DNA of 64,000 nt. Origin: Polaromonas sp. Its GTDB lineage: Bacteria; Pseudomonadota; Gammaproteobacteria; Burkholderiales; Burkholderiaceae_C. Positions within the stretch are counted from its first letter, which is position 1. Every line of letters begins with the position of its first letter. Shown piece by piece: positions 59,909 through 64,000 of this stretch. Position numbers and translations under genes: made by a program. Location of the stretch: contig NZ_JABBPC010000036.1 in assembly GCF_012927485.1 (NCBI RefSeq), positions 47,996 through 111,995 on the forward strand. The letters run 5' to 3'. The notes under the pieces are model-generated. The model did no database searches. It was not told the DNA's origin and saw nothing but the letters and a program-made list of their open reading frames with translations.

Positions 59909-60040
59909 AAAATATATGATAGTGAAATAAAATTTAATTTATAAAGTTATGTGAAATTTAATTCCATATATTGCGAAAAATTAACTACATAAAAAATATT
60001 TAATACGTAGTATTGGCATCTTGTCTTTTTTGGAGCGCTT

Positions 60041-61891
60041 ATGTGTGGCATCGTTGCAGCGGTTTCTACGAGAAATATTGTTCCCATTCTGGTGCAGGGT
60101 TTGCAGCGGCTGGAGTACCGAGGGTATGACTCTTGCGGCGTGGCGGTGTATGACGGTGGCCTGAAGCGGGCACGCAGCACCGCTCGCGTTTCGGAACTTC
60201 AGCGTGAGGTTGAGGCCGAGAAACTGGAAAGCGGAACAGGCATTGCCCATACCCGCTGGGCTACTCACGGCGCACCCGCCATCCACAATGCCCATCCCCA
60301 TTTCAGCCACGGTCCCGGGCCCGATAGTGCGGCCCGCCCCGGCAGAATCGCCTTGGTGCACAACGGAATCATTGAAAACCACGACGAGTTGCGCGCTGCC
60401 TTGCAGGCCAAGGGCTATGTGTTTGAAAGTCAGACCGACACCGAAGTCATCGTGCACCTCGTCGATAGCCTCTATAACGGCGATTTGTTCGAAGCACTCA
60501 AGGCAACGATTACCCAACTGCATGGCGCCTATGCCATTGCCGCCTTCTGCAAGGACGAGCCACATCGCGTGGTCGGTGCCCGTGCCGGCTCGCCGCTGAT
60601 TTTGGGTGTCGGCACAGAGCACTCCGAAAACTTTTTGGCCAGCGACGCCATGGCGCTGGCGGGCGTCACCGATCAGATCGTGTACCTCGAAGAAGGTGAC
60701 CTGGTCGACATCCAGCTGGGCAAGTATTGGGTCTTCGACCGACATCACAAGCGAGTGGAGCGCGAAGTAAAAACCGTTCACGCCCACAGCGGCGCGGCAG
60801 AGCTCGGCCCTTACCGCCACTACATGCAAAAGGAAATTTTCGAGCAGCCGCGCGCCATTGCCGACACGCTCGAAGGTATGGTCGGCATCGTGCCCGAGTT
60901 GTTCGGCGACGGCGCTTATCGTGTGTTCAAGGACATCGATTCCGTGCTTATCCTGGCCTGCGGCACCAGCTACTACAGCGGGTGCACGGCCAAGTACTGG
61001 CTGGAATCCATCGCGGGCATACCTACCCAGGTGGAAGTGGCCAGCGAATACCGCTACCGCACGTCAGTACCCAACCCCAAAACGCTGGTGGTCACCATCA
61101 CGCAAAGCGGTGAAACCGCCGATACGCTGGCAGCGCTTCGCCATGCACAAGCGCTGGGCATGACACAAACGCTCACCATCTGCAACGTCGCCACTTCGGC
61201 CATGGTGCGCGAGTGCAAGCTTGCTTACATCACACGCGCCGGTGTCGAAATCGGTGTTGCATCGACCAAAGCTTTTACGGCTCAACTGGCCGGTCTTTTC
61301 CTGCTGACGCTGACGCTGGCGCAAAGCAAAGGGCGGCTGAGCGAGCAGCAGGAAGCCGAGCACCTGAAGGCCATGCGCCACTTGCCCGCCGCTCTGCAAG
61401 CCGTGTTGGCGCTGGAACCCCAGGTCATCAGTTGGTCCGAAGACTTTGCGAAAAAGGAAAACGCGCTGTTTCTCGGGCGCGGTTTGCATTACCCGATCGC
61501 GCTCGAAGGTGCGCTGAAGCTGAAAGAAATCAGCTACATACACGCCGAGGCCTACCCCGCTGGCGAACTCAAACACGGTCCGCTGGCGCTGGTCACCAGT
61601 GCCATGCCCGTGGTCACGGTAGCCCCCAACGATAGTCTGCTGGAAAAGCTCAAGAGCAATATGCAGGAAGTCCGCGCGCGCGGCGGCGTGCTCTACGTGC
61701 TGGCCGACGCCGACAGCCGCATCGACAGCAGCGAAGGCGTTCACGTCATCCGGATGCCAGAGCACTACGGTGCGCTGAGCCCATTGCTGCATGTAGTACC
61801 GCTGCAACTACTGGCTTATCACACAGCGTGCGCGCGCGGCACCGATGTGGACAAGCCGCGCAATTTGGCGAAGAGCGTTACGGTGGAGTAA
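60041..61891 (+). CDS. glmS: Glutamine--fructose-6-phosphate aminotransferase
   Basis: [48 protein letters not shown]. Confidence 0.98.
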   Translation: MCGIVAAVSTRNIVPILVQGLQRLEYRGYDSCGVAVYDGGLKRARSTARVSELQREVEAEKLESGTGIAHTRWATHGAPAIHNAHPHFSHGPGPDSAARPGRIALVHNGIIENHDELRAALQAKGYVFESQTDTEVIVHLVDSLYNGDLFEALKATITQLHGAYAIAAFCKDEPHRVVGARAGSPLILGVGTEHSENFLASDAMALAGVTDQIVYLEEGDLVDIQLGKYWVFDRHHKRVEREVKTVHAHSGAAELGPYRHYMQKEIFEQPRAIADTLEGMVGIVPELFGDGAYRVFKDIDSVLILACGTSYYSGCTAKYWLESIAGIPTQVEVASEYRYRTSVPNPKTLVVTITQSGETADTLAALRHAQALGMTQTLTICNVATSAMVRECKLAYITRAGVEIGVASTKAFTAQLAGLFLLTLTLAQSKGRLSEQQEAEHLKAMRHLPAALQAVLALEPQVISWSEDFAKKENALFLGRGLHYPIALEGALKLKEISYIHAEAYPAGELKHGPLALVTSAMPVVTVAPNDSLLEKLKSNMQEVRARGGVLYVLADADSRIDSSEGVHVIRMPEHYGALSPLLHVVPLQLLAYHTACARGTDVDKPRNLAKSVTVE

Positions 61892-61914
61892 TCCGGAAAC
61901 GGTTTGGCCAGTTT
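61856..61914 (+). other. attTn7 (TnsD-recognised glmS 3' end plus insertion point)
   Basis: [11 protein letters not shown]-coding sequence is the established TnsD target; insertion occurs ~25 bp downstream of the stop. Confidence 0.7.
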
Positions 61915-62005
61915 TGGTTTTATTATTAAAGTCTGTAAACTAATATTAAAGTCTGTCAAAGTTCCGAGCAATGAACGTCGCAATCGTATAAATAAAGACC
62001 GTATT
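61915..62005 (+). mobile_element. Putative Tn7-like transposon end (TnsB-site repeats)
   Basis: TG at 61915, 24 bp after stop; TATTAAAGTCTGT at 61924 and 61944 (20-bp period), degenerate TAAAGACCGT at 61993; AT-rich; resembles Tn7 TAAAGTCTTAAACT. Confidence 0.65.
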
Positions 62006-62318
62006 CCCGGAATGACTGACCGCTATTCCGGCCTTTACCAACCATGTTGGTGCTAGTGACCTCTGAATCCACCAACAGCCGCTATGTAGCGGGAGCGGTT
62101 ATGCACCGAAACCTGGTTAATGGCCGGTTTGGGCTAGGTGTTGACGTAAGGCGTTTCTGGCGGGATGTCTGCTTCCGAGACAAAGCAGTCTTAGACCGTT
62201 CTTGATTCGCGTCCGGAAAGCAGTCATCCAGAATAGCCATGGCGAAGGCGATGGACAGTATTAATAGCTACCAAGTCTAGCCAGACGCAACCCTTAGAAG
62301 GTCAGAGAGCTGCCCCGC

Positions 62319-62732
62319 CTACAGCTTCCCGGACTGAAGGCGCAGCTGTTTCTGTGGATTAGTGTCCATGTCGGCGTTCTCCTTGAACACCAGCCAGGCA
62401 ATGACGGCGGTCAGAACCGCCTCCAGGTTCAGCAGCAACGAAGCACTTGAGCCACTGGTGGTGGTCAAGCCGAACATCAGCAAAACAGGCCCCACCACGC
62501 CGCCGAAGAAAATCACCCCCATCAGCCAAGGCCATCCCGCGCGCTGCAAGCCGGACGCCTGCCCGCCGCGATGCCGCACCAATCGGATCAGGGTGAGACC
62601 AATGCCACTGCCAAGGTAGAGCAACCCGGCCAGCAAGATGGGCGGCATATCGCCCACCAGCAACTTGGCAAACGGGGTGCTGGCACCAAACAAAGCGGCG
62701 GCGAACAGCGCAAAAAGAACGTTCCGGTTCAT
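62319..62732 (-). pseudogene. Truncated EamA/DMT transporter (first EamA repeat only)
   Basis: AALFGASTPFAK...LLLNLEAVLTAVIAWLVFKENAD (121 aa) then 16 unrelated polar residues; complete members have two repeats. Confidence 0.7.
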
Positions 62733-62762
62733 GCGTTTAGTGTCAGGGATTGGGTTGATCGG

Positions 62763-63815
62763 TCATTGAGGTGTCAAGGCCCTGCAGGTTGCTTCGACCA
62801 GCGGCTGGATCGCCGATTCGGGAAACGGGGAAACGCTGCTGACGTTAATCTCGCACAATACGTATTGCTCGGCTGTATCTGCCAACCCTTGCCCGAGCAA
62901 GAAGTCGGCATCCCAGAGCAACGGCAAGGCGTCACGACGAATTTCCAGGCGTTCGCACAGCATTTCTATCCATTCGCCTTCCAAGTGTTGCCGCAGGTCC
63001 TGGAAGCGCGGATCGCCGGGACCGCTGTACAGCCTGGGGCCAGGCAGCGGTACTTCACTTCCGGCCACGCCCGGATTCAGCGCGATGACCGCCTGATGTC
63101 CGAAACCTGCGACGTGGTCACCCACGAGGTAGGCCCGCGTCATGCCCTCCACCATACGCGGTTGCCAGGCCTGATCGATCAGGTGACCGCCACCGTCAAA
63201 GTACGGAGCAAGCCGCTGTCCAACGCCAGCAAAATCCACCAGTTCCTCCAGGCAACCGCGCTGCGCGTGCCGCATGGCGTAGCGGTCCACCGCGCGTTGC
63301 TCTATGCGCCAGATGCCGATGCCGCTGTGTCCGCGCGCCTGCTTCAGCACCCGTACTCCCATCGCCAGCCGCGCTGGCAACTCTGTGTTGAGCTGCGCCA
63401 GACTGTCGATCCGGTACACATCACTGCCGAACGGCAAGTCGCGCACTGCCAACAGCACATCCTTGGTGCCCAGCTTAAGAATAATGTCTGGATGCGTGCT
63501 GACAAAGACTCCACTGGAGGAAGCTTCGCGTAGCGTCGCGTCAAGTTTGTGGCGGTCACGTCCACCCTCAATGGGGTTGTGCCAGACCAGCACCCCGCGC
63601 ACTCCCATCAGTTGCTGCAAGACTTCATCGCAAAAATCATCGCTGTAAATCGCAGGCTCGATCACAATGCCAACCTTCTCGAATGCTTCAAATAACGCGG
63701 CGAAACGACTCTGCGTTGGATCAGACCGCTCCCGAGCAGGGCGATCCCCTGGATAGAGAATGGCAAGCCGAGGACGAATGTCTTTTTTCATACTAAGCAC
63801 CTCAATAGTTGACAT
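62763..63815 (-). CDS. Cj0069-like ATP-grasp-fold protein
   Basis: VLVWHNPIEGG, STHPDIILKLGTKDVL, RVLKQARG.SG.GIW, WDADF..G, LCEINVSSV.PF. Confidence 0.75.
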   Translation of the reverse strand: MSTIEVLSMKKDIRPRLAILYPGDRPARERSDPTQSRFAALFEAFEKVGIVIEPAIYSDDFCDEVLQQLMGVRGVLVWHNPIEGGRDRHKLDATLREASSSGVFVSTHPDIILKLGTKDVLLAVRDLPFGSDVYRIDSLAQLNTELPARLAMGVRVLKQARGHSGIGIWRIEQRAVDRYAMRHAQRGCLEELVDFAGVGQRLAPYFDGGGHLIDQAWQPRMVEGMTRAYLVGDHVAGFGHQAVIALNPGVAGSEVPLPGPRLYSGPGDPRFQDLRQHLEGEWIEMLCERLEIRRDALPLLWDADFLLGQGLADTAEQYVLCEINVSSVSPFPESAIQPLVEATCRALTPQ

Positions 63816-63822
63816 CGGTTCC

Positions 63823-64000
63823 CTATGCGATAGGAACTACAGGCTGCCCATGATCCTGCCAGGCCGAGATACCGCCATGCAGATGAACCGCCTCAACCCC
63901 CATGGCTAAAAGCGTGGCCGTCAGTCCCTGGCTGATTTCATGGCCGTGTGCACAGTACACCACCACAGGCGTTTGATTAGGTATGCCGTCTTTCCAATCC
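63823..64000 (-). CDS. Rhodanese-domain protein, C-terminal part (runs off window; not in ORF track)
   Basis: Manual translation: DWKDGIPNQTPVVVYCAHGHEISQGLTATLLAMGVEAVHLHGGISAWQDHGQPVVPIA*; stop 7 bp before the ATP-grasp start. Confidence 0.8.
   Translation of the reverse strand, partial: DWKDGIPNQTPVVVYCAHGHEISQGLTATLLAMGVEAVHLHGGISAWQDHGQPVVPIA

Noticed and set aside
61915-62010. CRISPR array or iterons
   Set aside because: Only two exact 13-bp copies with 7-bp spacing; no cas or rep gene in the window
408-63648. Numerous overlapping alternative-frame and antisense ORFs in the track
   Set aside because: Each overlaps a well-supported gene and lacks motifs or RBS; treated as GC-rich shadow ORFs

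Overview
Mostly core chromosome of a GC-rich betaproteobacterium; gene order and protein style suggest Comamonadaceae (Polaromonas/Rhodoferax-like; inference). In order: leucine/isovalerate catabolism genes with a YbaK-DUF1289 fusion; a cNMP-CBS-nucleotidyltransferase (DUF294) + DEDDh exonuclease + ActP acetate-uptake cluster; a double-length UvrA; SAH riboswitch-ahcY-tlyA-metF; rlpA; GbsR-type regulator + cytochrome bd; rlmJ; rplM-rpsI; bactofilin-erpA-anmK-M23-tyrS; ParB-like + SulP; ybeY-phoH/ruvAB; folB/ttcA; slt/5-formyl-THF cyclo-ligase; ppk2; BLUF; glmU-lrp-glmS. The one clearly accessory part starts ~24 bp after the glmS stop: Tn7-like TnsB-site repeats at the attTn7 position, then a minus-strand cargo operon (rhodanese, missed by the ORF track; Cj0069-type ATP-grasp; truncated EamA). 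Other leads: a GCTA-N9-TAGC palindromic repeat that lies in frame inside genes, and several apparently leaderless genes. No rRNA, tRNA or CRISPR array seen. Family names come from motif recognition only; no searches were run.
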